Below the pieces are notes generated by a model. That model was given only the letters and a program-made list of their open reading frames with translations, searched no databases and was not told where the DNA came from. Position numbers and translations under genes: made by a program. From an uncultured bacterium (lineage in GTDB: Bacteria; Zixibacteria; MSB-5A5; JAABVY01; JAHJOQ01), in NCBI GenBank assembly GCA_965369655.1, contig CBDUQR010000001.1:160001-224000 (forward strand): 64,000 nucleotides of DNA. Reading direction: 5' to 3'. Each line of letters opens with the position of its first letter. The first letter of the stretch is position 1. Positions 54,156 through 64,000 of this stretch are shown here, one piece after another.

Positions 54156-54479
54156 ATGGATGGCAAGACTCGCAGGAAATTCGAAGCGAGAGCGAAAATC
54201 ATCAAAGCAATGGCGCATCCGACAAGGCTGTTCATCGTCGATCAATTGTCTCAACAGGAGAGGTGCGTCTGTGATCTTACGGAAATGATCGGTGCCGACA
54301 TCTCGACCGTATCAAAGCACCTCTCGATCCTCAGGGAGGCCGGAATCGTCGAGGACGAGAAGCGAGGCTTGCAGGTGTGGTATAAGCTGAGAGTCCCATG
54401 CGTGCTAAATTTCTTTGGCTGTGTTGAGTCGGTTCTCAACTCGGAGGCAAAGCGGCAGGCAGAAATAGCCGAGCGCTGA
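54156..54479 (+). CDS. ArsR/SmtB-family repressor
   Basis: KAMAHPTRL, ERCVCDL, TVSKHLSIL. Confidence 0.94.
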   Translation: MDGKTRRKFEARAKIIKAMAHPTRLFIVDQLSQQERCVCDLTEMIGADISTVSKHLSILREAGIVEDEKRGLQVWYKLRVPCVLNFFGCVESVLNSEAKRQAEIAER

Positions 54480-54558
54480 TTTGACTTCCGTTAGCATATA
54501 GCTGAGGATATGACCAGATGATTCAAGTATTGCAACATATGTTTGAGCGAGTGATCCC

Positions 54559-55866
54559 ATGAACTGGAAATCGGAGTGGAAGGCATTAGCGGGCATCGTG
54601 GTTGTCTTCCTGACTATCTACAATCTGCCTGTCGGTTCGAATCGATTTCAGGGTGCAACAATGGAGGCTCTGTACCTTGCGAAATGGTACGCTCAGGAGC
54701 ACGTTTTGCTGTGCCTGATTCCTGCGTTCTTTATCGCCGGGGCAATAGCAGCTTTTGTCAGTCAAGCCTCGGTTATGAAATACCTCGGTTCCGAAGCCAG
54801 GAAGATCATGTCGTACGGTGTAGCCTCTGTTTCCGGTACTATCCTCGCGGTCTGCTCATGTACAATTCTCCCGCTATTTGCCGGTATTTACCGTATGGGT
54901 GCAGGTCTGGGTCCGGCAACAGCCTTTCTCTACTCGGGACCCGCTATCAATGTTCTGGCTATCATTCTTACCGCTCGCGTGCTTGGGGTTGAATTAGGCA
55001 TTGCCCGAGCAGTCGGCGCAGTATTCTTCAGCATTGTAATCGGTCTCCTCATGCACTTCATCTTTCGCAAGGAAGAAACAGAAAGAACTCAGGCTCGGAT
55101 GGTTTTGCCTGAACAGGAAGTGTCAAGGCCGTTGTGGCAGAATGCCTGTTACTTCGGAGTAATGGTAGCGATACTTATCTTTGCAAACTGGGGCAAGCCC
55201 GACGAAACGGTCGGGTTCTGGTACATCATTCATGATTTGAAATGGACTATCACCGGTGCGGCTTCAATCCTGCTTGGAATAATGTTAGTTGTGTGGTTCG
55301 GGCTGAAATGCTGGAAAGTGCTCGGTGTTGGAGCTGTCACAGCGGTATTAGCGTTTTGCTTCCCATCTGATCCGCTGATTCCCTTTGGTGCAGCCGTGAT
55401 AGGCCTCTCCTGGTTCACAAGCACAAATAAAGGCGAAGCCGGAGAATGGTTCTCGCAGTCATGGGGATTTGCAAGGCAGATACTGCCACTCTTGATGTTT
55501 GGCGTGCTTATTGCCGGTTTCTTGTTAGGTCGTCCGGGACAGGAAGGGATGATTCCCTCGAACTGGATCAGTCAATCAGTCGGTGGCAACTCGCTCGGCG
55601 CAAATCTTTTTGCCTCAGTCGCCGGAGCGTTTATGTACTTCGCCACGCTCACTGAAGTACCTATCCTGCAGGGTCTTATCGGTAACGGCATGGGCAAAGG
55701 ACCGGCGCTTGCATTACTCTTGGCCGGTCCCGCGCTGTCGCTGCCAAACATGCTGGTTATCAGGTCGATCATCGGGACGAAGAAAGCAATCGTGTTCACA
55801 GTCCTCGTGGTCATAATGGCCACTCTCTCAGGACTGGTATACGGAACCTTGTTTCAGGAGACATGA
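54559..55866 (+). CDS. ArsP/DUF318-family permease
   Basis: Multi-TM; AVCSCTILP, SGPAIN, MYFATLTEVPI, AGPALSLP. Confidence 0.88.
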   Translation: MNWKSEWKALAGIVVVFLTIYNLPVGSNRFQGATMEALYLAKWYAQEHVLLCLIPAFFIAGAIAAFVSQASVMKYLGSEARKIMSYGVASVSGTILAVCSCTILPLFAGIYRMGAGLGPATAFLYSGPAINVLAIILTARVLGVELGIARAVGAVFFSIVIGLLMHFIFRKEETERTQARMVLPEQEVSRPLWQNACYFGVMVAILIFANWGKPDETVGFWYIIHDLKWTITGAASILLGIMLVVWFGLKCWKVLGVGAVTAVLAFCFPSDPLIPFGAAVIGLSWFTSTNKGEAGEWFSQSWGFARQILPLLMFGVLIAGFLLGRPGQEGMIPSNWISQSVGGNSLGANLFASVAGAFMYFATLTEVPILQGLIGNGMGKGPALALLLAGPALSLPNMLVIRSIIGTKKAIVFTVLVVIMATLSGLVYGTLFQET

Positions 55867-55868
55867 AA

Positions 55869-56105
55869 ATGAAAAAGATCGAAGTACTCGGAACTGGCTG
55901 TCCCAAGTGCAGGAAACTGGAAGAAGAGACACGAAAGGCAGTGAGTCATTTGGGTCTGGATTGTGAGATTGAGAAAATTGAAGACATTCAGAAAATCACC
56001 GCCTATGGAGTGATGATGACACCGGCATTGGTAGTTGACGGTCAGGTGAAAGTTGTTGGTAAAGTACCGTCAATAGAAGAATTGAAAAAACACATTAGCG
56101 ATTAG
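55869..56105 (+). CDS. Small thioredoxin-like protein (MTH895/ArsE-like)
   Basis: LGTGCPKC, YGVMMTPALVVDG. Confidence 0.9.
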   Translation: MKKIEVLGTGCPKCRKLEEETRKAVSHLGLDCEIEKIEDIQKITAYGVMMTPALVVDGQVKVVGKVPSIEELKKHISD

Positions 56106-56117
56106 GAGATAAATAGA

Positions 56118-56495
56118 ATGGCGGAGAATGAAGACCATTGCTGCTGCGGATCGCCACGTCTCATTTTTGCCTGTTCGGGTGCTTCCGATGTTGGTACTAT
56201 TGCAGATCAGGCGGCGCGGCGACTTTCCATAACAAAAGTGGCATCCATGGGATGTCTGGCAGCCATTAACAGTCAGTTAGGCTTCGTTATCGATTCACTA
56301 AGCGTCGCATCAAAGATAGTTGCTATTGATGGTTGCTCGGAAGGCTGCGCCAAACTGACCCTTGAAAAAGTTGGCGTGACCGATTTTCATCAGCTTCTGC
56401 TATCGGATATGGGAATGGAAAAAGGGCATTCTAAAGTCGATCAGACCAATATAGCAAGAGTATATAAGCAGGTTCAGATAATCTTGGATAATTAG
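56118..56495 (+). CDS. DGC-domain putative zinc-binding protein
   Basis: FACSGASDVG, CLA, AIDGCSEGC. Confidence 0.88.
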   Translation: MAENEDHCCCGSPRLIFACSGASDVGTIADQAARRLSITKVASMGCLAAINSQLGFVIDSLSVASKIVAIDGCSEGCAKLTLEKVGVTDFHQLLLSDMGMEKGHSKVDQTNIARVYKQVQIILDN

Positions 56496-56515
56496 GTTTG
56501 GAGGAGTTTAGAGTA

Positions 56516-57037
56516 ATGAAAGCTAAGACATCGATGATGGGATTACTTGCTGTCGCGCTCATGGTTCTATTAGCCTTCAGCAATGTCGTGTGTTCGGACA
56601 CGAATGGCAAGAATTCTAAACCAGCCAATGAGGAAAAAACCAACATAGATTCTGCTGCCATAAATGCGGTGGAATTGTCTGCAGATTCAACAGATGATTT
56701 CCCTGAAGTAATTGCGTATTACTTTCACACAACATACCGCTGCGTTTCTTGTAAGAAAATAGAAGCATATTCAAAGGAGGCGATTGAATCTGGATTTGAT
56801 GAAGAATTAGCAGATGGTACTATGGAATTTTATTCATTGAATACTGATGAAGATGAAAACAAGCATTTTAGGGTTGATTATCAATTGTACACCAAGTCGC
56901 TTATTATCTGTGATATGAAAGATGGTAAGCTGGTTGCCTGGAAAAACCTGGACAAAGTCTGGCAACTTATCCGCAACAAAGATGAATTCATGAAATATGT
57001 CCAGGATGAAATCAATGCATATCTGAAGGAGAGCTAA
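56516..57037 (+). CDS. Exported thioredoxin-like protein (ArsF-like)
   Basis: N-terminal hydrophobic segment, YYFHTTYRCVSC, WKNLDKVW. Confidence 0.8.
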   Translation: MKAKTSMMGLLAVALMVLLAFSNVVCSDTNGKNSKPANEEKTNIDSAAINAVELSADSTDDFPEVIAYYFHTTYRCVSCKKIEAYSKEAIESGFDEELADGTMEFYSLNTDEDENKHFRVDYQLYTKSLIICDMKDGKLVAWKNLDKVWQLIRNKDEFMKYVQDEINAYLKES

Positions 57038-57732
57038 TGGAATCATATTTGTTGGGCATCAGCTCTGCGATCTGGTTCGGGATATTGACATCAATCAGTC
57101 CTTGCCCTCTGGCAACAAATATTGCGGCAATCTCCTTTATTGGGAAACGGGTAAGTAGCCCGAGACTTGTTGTTATGTCAGGCTTGCTATATATGTTCGG
57201 GCGTATGCTGGCTTATTTGGTTTTAGGATATATCTTGGTCGCCAGTATTCTGTCAATTCCCGATCTGTCTTACTTCCTGCAGGAGAATATGAATAAGCTT
57301 CTTGGCCCTTTGTTACTAATAGTCGGCGTCTTTTTGCTTGAGTTGCTACCTTTGAGCCTGCCCCGATTGGGTATTAATCAGAATATACAGCACAAAGTCT
57401 CCAAGATGGGTATATGGGGTGCCGGTATTTTAGGATTAGTGTTTGCATTATCGTTTTGTCCGGTATCTGCGGCTCTGTTTTTCGGAAGTTTAATTCCGTT
57501 GGCAGTAAAACATGATTCTAACTTCGTTATGCCTCTGGTGTATGGTATTGGGACGGCCTTGCCAGTCATGCTTTTTGCATTCCTGGTCGGATTTGGGACA
57601 ACACTTGTAGGGAAGTTCTTTAATAGAATTAAAATCTTCGAAATCTGGGCGCGTCGGATTACAGGCGTCGTTTTCATCGTTGTTGGGCTGTACTACTCTG
57701 TGACGTACTTGCTAAATGTCAACATCTGGTGA
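57037..57732 (+). CDS. CcdA/DsbD-like membrane protein (ArsG-like)
   Basis: SISPCPLATNIAA, FCPVSAALFFG, GIGTALPV. Confidence 0.85.
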   Translation: MESYLLGISSAIWFGILTSISPCPLATNIAAISFIGKRVSSPRLVVMSGLLYMFGRMLAYLVLGYILVASILSIPDLSYFLQENMNKLLGPLLLIVGVFLLELLPLSLPRLGINQNIQHKVSKMGIWGAGILGLVFALSFCPVSAALFFGSLIPLAVKHDSNFVMPLVYGIGTALPVMLFAFLVGFGTTLVGKFFNRIKIFEIWARRITGVVFIVVGLYYSVTYLLNVNIW

Positions 57733-57820
57733 TTTTGCACGCGATCCATTGTCCCTTTTGTGTTGATAATCGAACGGCAGCGCGTATCTTCCATTGGCCG
57801 ATCTAACGAGGAGATATGCG

Positions 57821-57925
57821 ATGCGACTGATTCTACAGATCGCTACTCTCATACTGAGACGTTTCACTCGGCTGCCAATTTCCATGAAGCTATATTTAAT
57901 TCTGGGGCTGGTTTCATGGAGGTAA
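57821..57925 (+). CDS. Possible small hydrophobic/basic peptide (34 aa)
   Basis: GAGGAG 7 nt before ATG; MRLILQIATLILRRFTRLPISMKLYLILGLVSWR. Confidence 0.35.
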   Translation: MRLILQIATLILRRFTRLPISMKLYLILGLVSWR

Positions 57926-58977
57926 CCTTCGATTCTACGGCTGGTTTTGCGGGGGCTGACGATTGATATGCCCCAAAGCGAACACGCGAGGAAATCGACA
58001 TCGACTCAGTTTCCCACTTGTTTGGGGCGGATTACTCTTTGACATTTTGTTGATATTAGAAGTCTTACGGTTAACACCGGGAGAACAAGAAAAGTTGTGG
58101 TGACAGTTGCGCACAGAGAGCTTTGATTCTTTTTGCACAACTGCTTATGCACATCTGAAAACCTAAAGAATAAGTTGATTTGCTGCCACAGATCATCTGA
58201 TTCGACCTGAGATGTATCATGTCTGATGGAATCGAAGACTGCATGAATCTGTTGGTAAGAGTGACTGGAAACTTCTATTTATACATTCACTGCCACATTC
58301 GCAATCTGACAACGAAATAAATCGATGGATATGCTGAACGGCTCGGCTGTCTGATAGCCTGGTGCAGCGAAAACCAACCGATCTACAGATAAATAAGTAG
58401 ATTGCCTACCCATTGCATGGGTAAATTTGTACTATCGAGATCACTTGACAATTGCCTGCTATAATGATAATCTATTACACGAAGAGGCATATCGACAGTC
58501 TTATATACCTCGTGCATTACAGCAGGGTGTGGGAATCGACATACACCTGGTTTAAGTGGTGGCCGGTGTGAATGAGTGCTCCATATCACCGGTCCCACTG
58601 AGCCCAATACGTGCCTGATCAGGTCGAATACGGCCTGCGTCATTGATTCAAATGATTGAAATTGCACCTGATGAGAATCAATTCAAGTCTAATAATCGCT
58701 TCCGCCAACCAGGTTGGAAGATCCCAAAGGAGGTGATAAGTTAGTACAGACAAAACGTCTAAGTAGGTACAGACGGCTGTCAGGTGGCCTCTCCTTTTCG
58801 AGGGAGAACGGCTTCCTGGATTCTATCAGAGAGAGGCGGGGGGGGGAATCCAATTCGTCCCAGAGAAGAACTGACTGATCGTAAACGTCAAGAGAGCCCT
58901 TGGGAGATCAGAGAATTCATTGGGGGGAGTATCCTGTGCAATGCAGGATCGACAATTGTAAAGGAAGGAAGAAGAAA

Positions 58978-61900
58978 ATGACAAGAATTCTAATTTTGTC
59001 TCTAATCGTAGCGCTCGGACCATGCATTGCTCTGGGAGCAAATGCAGGACCGGCAACATTCTGGACCGGTAATCCGGCCGACGTGATCGGAAGTGGCGAG
59101 CCTCCGATCCAAACTCCGCTCGAAAATCTGTCGCTGGATGTCGGCGATCCGGTCGATTTCGACGCTGCGCTCACCGCTGGTGCGGATTATCTGAAAGGAA
59201 TGCAGGCGGACATAACTGAGGACAACGCCGGCAACGGCACTGACGGTGTTGATGAAAGTCCCGACGATCCTGACGATGGTGGCTGGGATTGGAGAGTAAC
59301 TTCACCACCAGCTCCGTTCTCGCATACAACTACCGCAAGCTCTACAAACCTATATGGCGTTACAGTGATGGGACTATATAGCGCCTATCTTGAGTCGGGC
59401 GACGCAACACATTTCACAGCTATGCAGGATGCCGCCGACAGAGCAGTAGCGGCCGGGGTCGACAGCATCAGGACAGGCGCGGATTTGAAATTCCTGATGC
59501 TGTTCAATGATCTTTACAGCAGTGAGGTCGCGCCGACCACAGTTTACGAGGATGCTGCCAAGGCCAAGTACGACGGAAAAATCACCGCATGGGGCGGCTC
59601 CGCTACTGCGTTGGCAGAGTACATTCGCGATGCGCGCGCCGGACAGGGCTACGAAAATGGTATTATCGCGTGGGACATTGGCATTTACGCAGTGGTTGCG
59701 CAGATGCTGTATGATCGTTTCGGCGGAACATATGATGTCGACGCCGACGATATATCAGAAGTTCTCTGGCAGGATTCGTACAATGATAATCCCGGCTATT
59801 TTGATATCGTAGATGATGCCGGTTGGGATCCGACATACGCCACCTATGACTACTACTGGTATTCACTCGGAATAACAGGATTGATCGACGCCTTCTCAGC
59901 TTCCGGTGCGCACACATCCGAGTTGTCAGGTCTCTTGACGATACTGTTTGACTGCCAGTATACCGGCGGTGGAATCAGCTTCAGCTATGGTGCCAATACC
60001 GATGATGAGGACTGGCAATCGACAGCTTACGCGATGATCTCCCTCGGCAATTATGACCAGGCTACCTACCAGATGGAGATTAACTGGATGGGTTACTGGC
60101 TCGGCGCCACACAGGACGCCAGTGGAGGCTGGGTCTACAGTTCCGGCAACCATTATCCCGAAGTCGGCGGTGAGTGTACGCATGGTTTGCATTTCACATC
60201 GAATACACTTGCGGATGTCATCGTTGACGACGACTTCACCAGCCAGGCGGATGTAGACGCATACAACACAGCTAACGGCACAGACTACGTCTGGGGTTAC
60301 GACGCCTTTGCCACGATCCAGGATGGTATCGACGGCGTCACAGGTAGCACGGTCAACGTAGCAGCGGGAATCTATCGCGAGCAACTCTATGTTGATCATA
60401 GCTTGGACCTGCTTGGAGCAGGGGTCGGGATATCAATCATTGAAGCGCCGGACCCGGTCGACCGAACGACCTACCCTGTTACGCAGTGGACGAGTGACGT
60501 ACGGACAATTGATGCCGTTATCGGCGTTGTTGCCGCTGGAACTGTCAATATTAGTGGGTTCACGGTCGATGGCCGTGACGTTGGCCCAGACAATTTCTAT
60601 GGTATCCATTTCTTTGATACCGACGGTTCAGTCACCTACTGCACGATTGACAATATCACGAATGCCGCGGCTCCGAGCAACTCGCGCGTAGTCAGTGTGG
60701 CTGCCACTCACAGTCTGGGGCAGACATTCACGATTGATATATCAAACAACGCTATCCCTGTACTCCAAAAGGGTGGTATCTTGGTTATGGGACCGGGTGC
60801 CAGTTTCACGGTTAACCACAACACCGTGACAAATACACCCTCTCCGGTTCTAGCCGGCAATGGTATACAGCTTTCGTATGGAGCTAGTGGCTCTACTTTG
60901 CAAAACATTGTCGCCGGCACTATATACTCTGGTGACGATTGGGCCGCCACCGGTATCTTGCTTTTCGAGAGTGGTGATGTCTCGATGGTTGGAGACGAAG
61001 TCTACAATTGTCAGTCAGGTGTGAATTTCAGCGATTGGGGTTGGGTGCACCTACAGCCGTCACCGGTTATCCTAAGTTTCACCGATCTCAACCTGCACGA
61101 GAACGAGTGGACACTCGGTATCCAGCTAAGTCGTGACAACAGCGATGTTAATATGACTGTCACCGACTGCGATATTCTCAACAGCACCGGTGATGGGATT
61201 GATCTTTACTGCACAGGTGTGGACCCATGGGGTGGGTCCTACTACACCGGCTGGAACAATGGTGATCTTAACGCCACGATTACCGGGTGTTACGTCAATG
61301 GTTCTACCCTTGATGGCATTTGGGGTGGAGACTATTCCGGGAACGTGAATAATGTTGCTGTGTCTGTATCCAACTGTGGATTTGCAGGCAATACTGGATC
61401 GGCCATTAACAACGGTTTCACTCAGCTCATGGATGCTTCAGGCTGCTATTGGAATGATCCTACCGGACCGACAATTGGCGTTAAATCCGGCGGTATGCGC
61501 TCTGTAGCGCCCATCGTCAACCCGTTTGGCGGTGAGCTACCAGCAAAGGCTAGCTCGGTTTCCACAGAATTGATAGGCGCTGACAAGGGTTCCGGTGAAA
61601 CCATCTTTGGTAATGTCGACTACACACCATGGCTCGGTGGTGGTGCCCAAACCAGCCCTGGTTTCGCTGGTGACTTTGCCACCCTCTATGTTGACGACGA
61701 CAGCCCACAGGCTGGCGCCACAACTCGCATTCAAGAAGGTGTTGATCTGGTTTCCGGCAGCACGGTATATGTCAAGGACGGAATATATGGAGCCGATCCC
61801 GTAACCGGAAGAGGCGTCTACATCACCAACGATGGCCTCAGCCTGATCGGTGAATCACAGGCCGGCACCATCATTGACGGCGCTATTGGAGGTGTGGGCA

Positions 61901-64000
61901 GTTCTGGTTCATACTGGTCAAGAGGCATCCACGTCCAAGCCAATAACGTCACTATTCAGAACTTCACTGTTCAAGGATTCACCGGTGACCTCGTTAGCTC
62001 CGGTGGGTACGGTGTACTTCACCGGGACTACGCTCATGACACGCCAACCGAGGGTTATATCTTCTATGACGGTTGCTCCGTGAATCATGTTACGGTTCAC
62101 AGCTGCTACTCGGTTGTCTACGCTCTCTGTTTCACCAACTTGACGGTGGCCGATTGCTACCTCCACGACAACTACTCGGACGGGATGTTCATTGCTCGCG
62201 GATCGGATGGTGCAATTATCCACGATAACATCGTGACCAACTCGGGCGATCAGGGAATCTGGGTTGGTAAGTGTTGGTCGGGGCTTGATCCATCTGACAA
62301 CGCTACCATCTACGATAACACCGTCAACGGTGCTCGTGAAGGTGGAATCTGCTTTGTGGGCTCGGACGTGGCTGAGATATATGGCAACTCTATTACCAAT
62401 GCTGCCTCTGAAGGTTGGTCAGTAGGTGCCTTGAATCTCAAAGACGGCCCGACCAACGTAAACGCTTACGAGAACAGGATATTCAACAACGACGGAGCCT
62501 GGAACGGTTACAGTGGCCTCGGACATGGCGTTGGAATTGATGGAGGTGCCGGGAGCATCAATCTCTACGACAACGCTATTTTCGGGAACACCGGACTGGG
62601 TGTCTATAACGCCTCAACAAAGGCCTCCTCTGGCATGTGGGAAACGCGCTTGATTGAGGACGAACTGCCATCCACTCCTGAGCACATGACTTCCGGGAGT
62701 TCCGACAAGGGCACTCGCGGACTGATTATGGCCGAAGACAACTGGTGGGGCAGCTTCGATGGTCCTGAGGACCTTACCGGTACCGATGAGGCCACTCTCA
62801 ACACCTGCTTTGATGTCTCGACGATGATCAACGCTATTGACGAACTGGGCAATGGTCTCGGTAACGGTGTCAGCGATGACGTTGACTACTGTCCGTGGGC
62901 CAGTGGCCTGTATCTCAGTCCGGACGAAATCCTGTATCACTGTAGTGGCAACTTCACTTTTGATGCTGGTATTGACGTCGCTGTGACTGATATGAAGGTT
63001 GGAGCGTTCAAGTTCGAGTATGATATGAACATCACGTATGTCAACGTGACTACTTCACTCACCGGAGACGTAATACTGCAGCATCAGGTTGTCGGATCAA
63101 ATCCGACGAGGACGAAGGACACTCTTTTCGTTGACATCGGCTTTGGATCAGGAGAATCACTTGACGGCCCTGCGACATTGTTTACTGTCGAAATGAACAG
63201 CAATACCGATTTCTGCAATGGTACTCCGATCGACATGTTCTACGCATTGGTGAAGGACATCAATGACGATCCGATTACACTGCCACTTCCGGTTCCAATC
63301 AATCTGATCGCAGACTGCGAGGATCCGGATGTATGGGTCAATGCGCCTGCAGAAGATGTGCATTACAACACTGCGCCGATTCTCGATATCGAAGCGTATG
63401 ACAACTGCGATCTCGATGCTGTCTACTATCAAGTTGACGGCTGTGGCGGAACCTGGATCTCGATCGCAACCGGTTTAAGTGGACAGAGCTACAACAACAT
63501 AGCCTGGACATTCCCGGATTTCGGTTCGGTGAGTGAAGGCCAGCACTGCATCTATTTCAGAGTCACCGATGATGCTACTCGGGAGAACTTTGACAAATGC
63601 GATGCTGATTCCGCGTGGTGTTTCGTCAAAGATACGGAGAATCCGGAACCGTCGGAGAACTTCACGGCACTTCCCGGACATAACAAAGTGCTTTTGAGCT
63701 GGGATGCCTCCCCGAGTGGAGATGTAGTCAGATACCAGATTCAGCGGATTGGCTGGGCAGATTATCCGCTCTACGGACTTCCTGCCCCGTCGTATCCGCT
63801 TGATCCGACGGTAGGCACGACTGTTTACAACGATGATGGTCTCGACACTACCGACACACAGGGGCTTGAAAACGCGACTCGTGATATCTACTACTACTCG
63901 ATATTTGCGTTTGATGCCGCGGGCAATTACTCTGCGAACGTGAATCCACCGACTCCGGGAACGGGAACACGTGACCGTGCCACATCATACTGGCTCGGCG
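58978..64000 (+). CDS. Very large secreted protein (>1670 aa, partial): alpha/alpha-barrel-like N-domain, two right-handed beta-helix domains, cohesin-like and Ig/FN3-like domains
   Basis: Frame open to the window end (absent from the ORF track); signal peptide MTRILILSLIVALG; QDASGGW; TIQDGIDGV..STVNVAAGIY and RIQEGVDLV..STVYVKDGIY beta-helix caps; LDGPATLFTVEM; YYYSIFAFDAAGNYS. Confidence 0.88.
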   Translation, partial: MTRILILSLIVALGPCIALGANAGPATFWTGNPADVIGSGEPPIQTPLENLSLDVGDPVDFDAALTAGADYLKGMQADITEDNAGNGTDGVDESPDDPDDGGWDWRVTSPPAPFSHTTTASSTNLYGVTVMGLYSAYLESGDATHFTAMQDAADRAVAAGVDSIRTGADLKFLMLFNDLYSSEVAPTTVYEDAAKAKYDGKITAWGGSATALAEYIRDARAGQGYENGIIAWDIGIYAVVAQMLYDRFGGTYDVDADDISEVLWQDSYNDNPGYFDIVDDAGWDPTYATYDYYWYSLGITGLIDAFSASGAHTSELSGLLTILFDCQYTGGGISFSYGANTDDEDWQSTAYAMISLGNYDQATYQMEINWMGYWLGATQDASGGWVYSSGNHYPEVGGECTHGLHFTSNTLADVIVDDDFTSQADVDAYNTANGTDYVWGYDAFATIQDGIDGVTGSTVNVAAGIYREQLYVDHSLDLLGAGVGISIIEAPDPVDRTTYPVTQWTSDVRTIDAVIGVVAAGTVNISGFTVDGRDVGPDNFYGIHFFDTDGSVTYCTIDNITNAAAPSNSRVVSVAATHSLGQTFTIDISNNAIPVLQKGGILVMGPGASFTVNHNTVTNTPSPVLAGNGIQLSYGASGSTLQNIVAGTIYSGDDWAATGILLFESGDVSMVGDEVYNCQSGVNFSDWGWVHLQPSPVILSFTDLNLHENEWTLGIQLSRDNSDVNMTVTDCDILNSTGDGIDLYCTGVDPWGGSYYTGWNNGDLNATITGCYVNGSTLDGIWGGDYSGNVNNVAVSVSNCGFAGNTGSAINNGFTQLMDASGCYWNDPTGPTIGVKSGGMRSVAPIVNPFGGELPAKASSVSTELIGADKGSGETIFGNVDYTPWLGGGAQTSPGFAGDFATLYVDDDSPQAGATTRIQEGVDLVSGSTVYVKDGIYGADPVTGRGVYITNDGLSLIGESQAGTIIDGAIGGVGSSGSYWSRGIHVQANNVTIQNFTVQGFTGDLVSSGGYGVLHRDYAHDTPTEGYIFYDGCSVNHVTVHSCYSVVYALCFTNLTVADCYLHDNYSDGMFIARGSDGAIIHDNIVTNSGDQGIWVGKCWSGLDPSDNATIYDNTVNGAREGGICFVGSDVAEIYGNSITNAASEGWSVGALNLKDGPTNVNAYENRIFNNDGAWNGYSGLGHGVGIDGGAGSINLYDNAIFGNTGLGVYNASTKASSGMWETRLIEDELPSTPEHMTSGSSDKGTRGLIMAEDNWWGSFDGPEDLTGTDEATLNTCFDVSTMINAIDELGNGLGNGVSDDVDYCPWASGLYLSPDEILYHCSGNFTFDAGIDVAVTDMKVGAFKFEYDMNITYVNVTTSLTGDVILQHQVVGSNPTRTKDTLFVDIGFGSGESLDGPATLFTVEMNSNTDFCNGTPIDMFYALVKDINDDPITLPLPVPINLIADCEDPDVWVNAPAEDVHYNTAPILDIEAYDNCDLDAVYYQVDGCGGTWISIATGLSGQSYNNIAWTFPDFGSVSEGQHCIYFRVTDDATRENFDKCDADSAWCFVKDTENPEPSENFTALPGHNKVLLSWDASPSGDVVRYQIQRIGWADYPLYGLPAPSYPLDPTVGTTVYNDDGLDTTDTQGLENATRDIYYYSIFAFDAAGNYSANVNPPTPGTGTRDRATSYWLG

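Noticed and set aside
53945-58700. Integrated island at tRNA-Ser
   Set aside because: No integrase and no duplicated tRNA 3' end found by eye; the composition shift alone is insufficient.

Overview
Bacterial chromosomal window from a diderm. Dockerin-bearing secreted proteins with FlgD/'PNPFNP' C-terminal tails suggest Zixibacteria or a related lineage (inference). 1-21 kb is mostly housekeeping: ptsI, ptsH, dprA, obgE, cdaA, radical SAM, groES/groEL with a perfect CIRCE, lpxB, a GnnA-like dehydrogenase, kdsABCD, pyrG, gatC, a histone H1-like protein, mltG, ruvX, HD-GYP and RidA, plus an IS4 remnant. 21-51 kb is accessory and holds three sigma/anti-sigma modules, each with its own repeated promoter-like motif visible in the DNA. 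Module A is ECF + ZAS anti-sigma + Spy-like proteins, and its motif also precedes a MacA/MacB/TolC operon. Module B is ECF + membrane anti-sigma + signal-peptide TPR-CHAT protease + astacin-dockerin gene. Module C is an atypical sigma-like protein + soluble ZAS protein + membrane-anchored Lon-protease-domain receptor + secreted protein. B and C look like CRISPR-independent, protease-triggered sigma-release cascades, analogous to CASP and CalpL/T/S; this is the best candidate for an undescribed system. Also found: a probable exported thioredoxin-TPR selenoprotein split by the ORF caller (UxxC plus SECIS-like hairpin), an NB-ARC-TPR protein with a C-terminal TIR, an NYN nuclease with only a non-canonical start, and several REP families, one inserted in frame in a CDS. 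51-64 kb: tpl, cymR-like/cysK, tRNA-Ser(GCT), an ArsR/ArsP/ArsEFG-like cluster, and a secreted beta-helix protein of more than 1670 aa that runs off the window. No CRISPR array or rRNA was seen. All family assignments are by eye, with no database searches.
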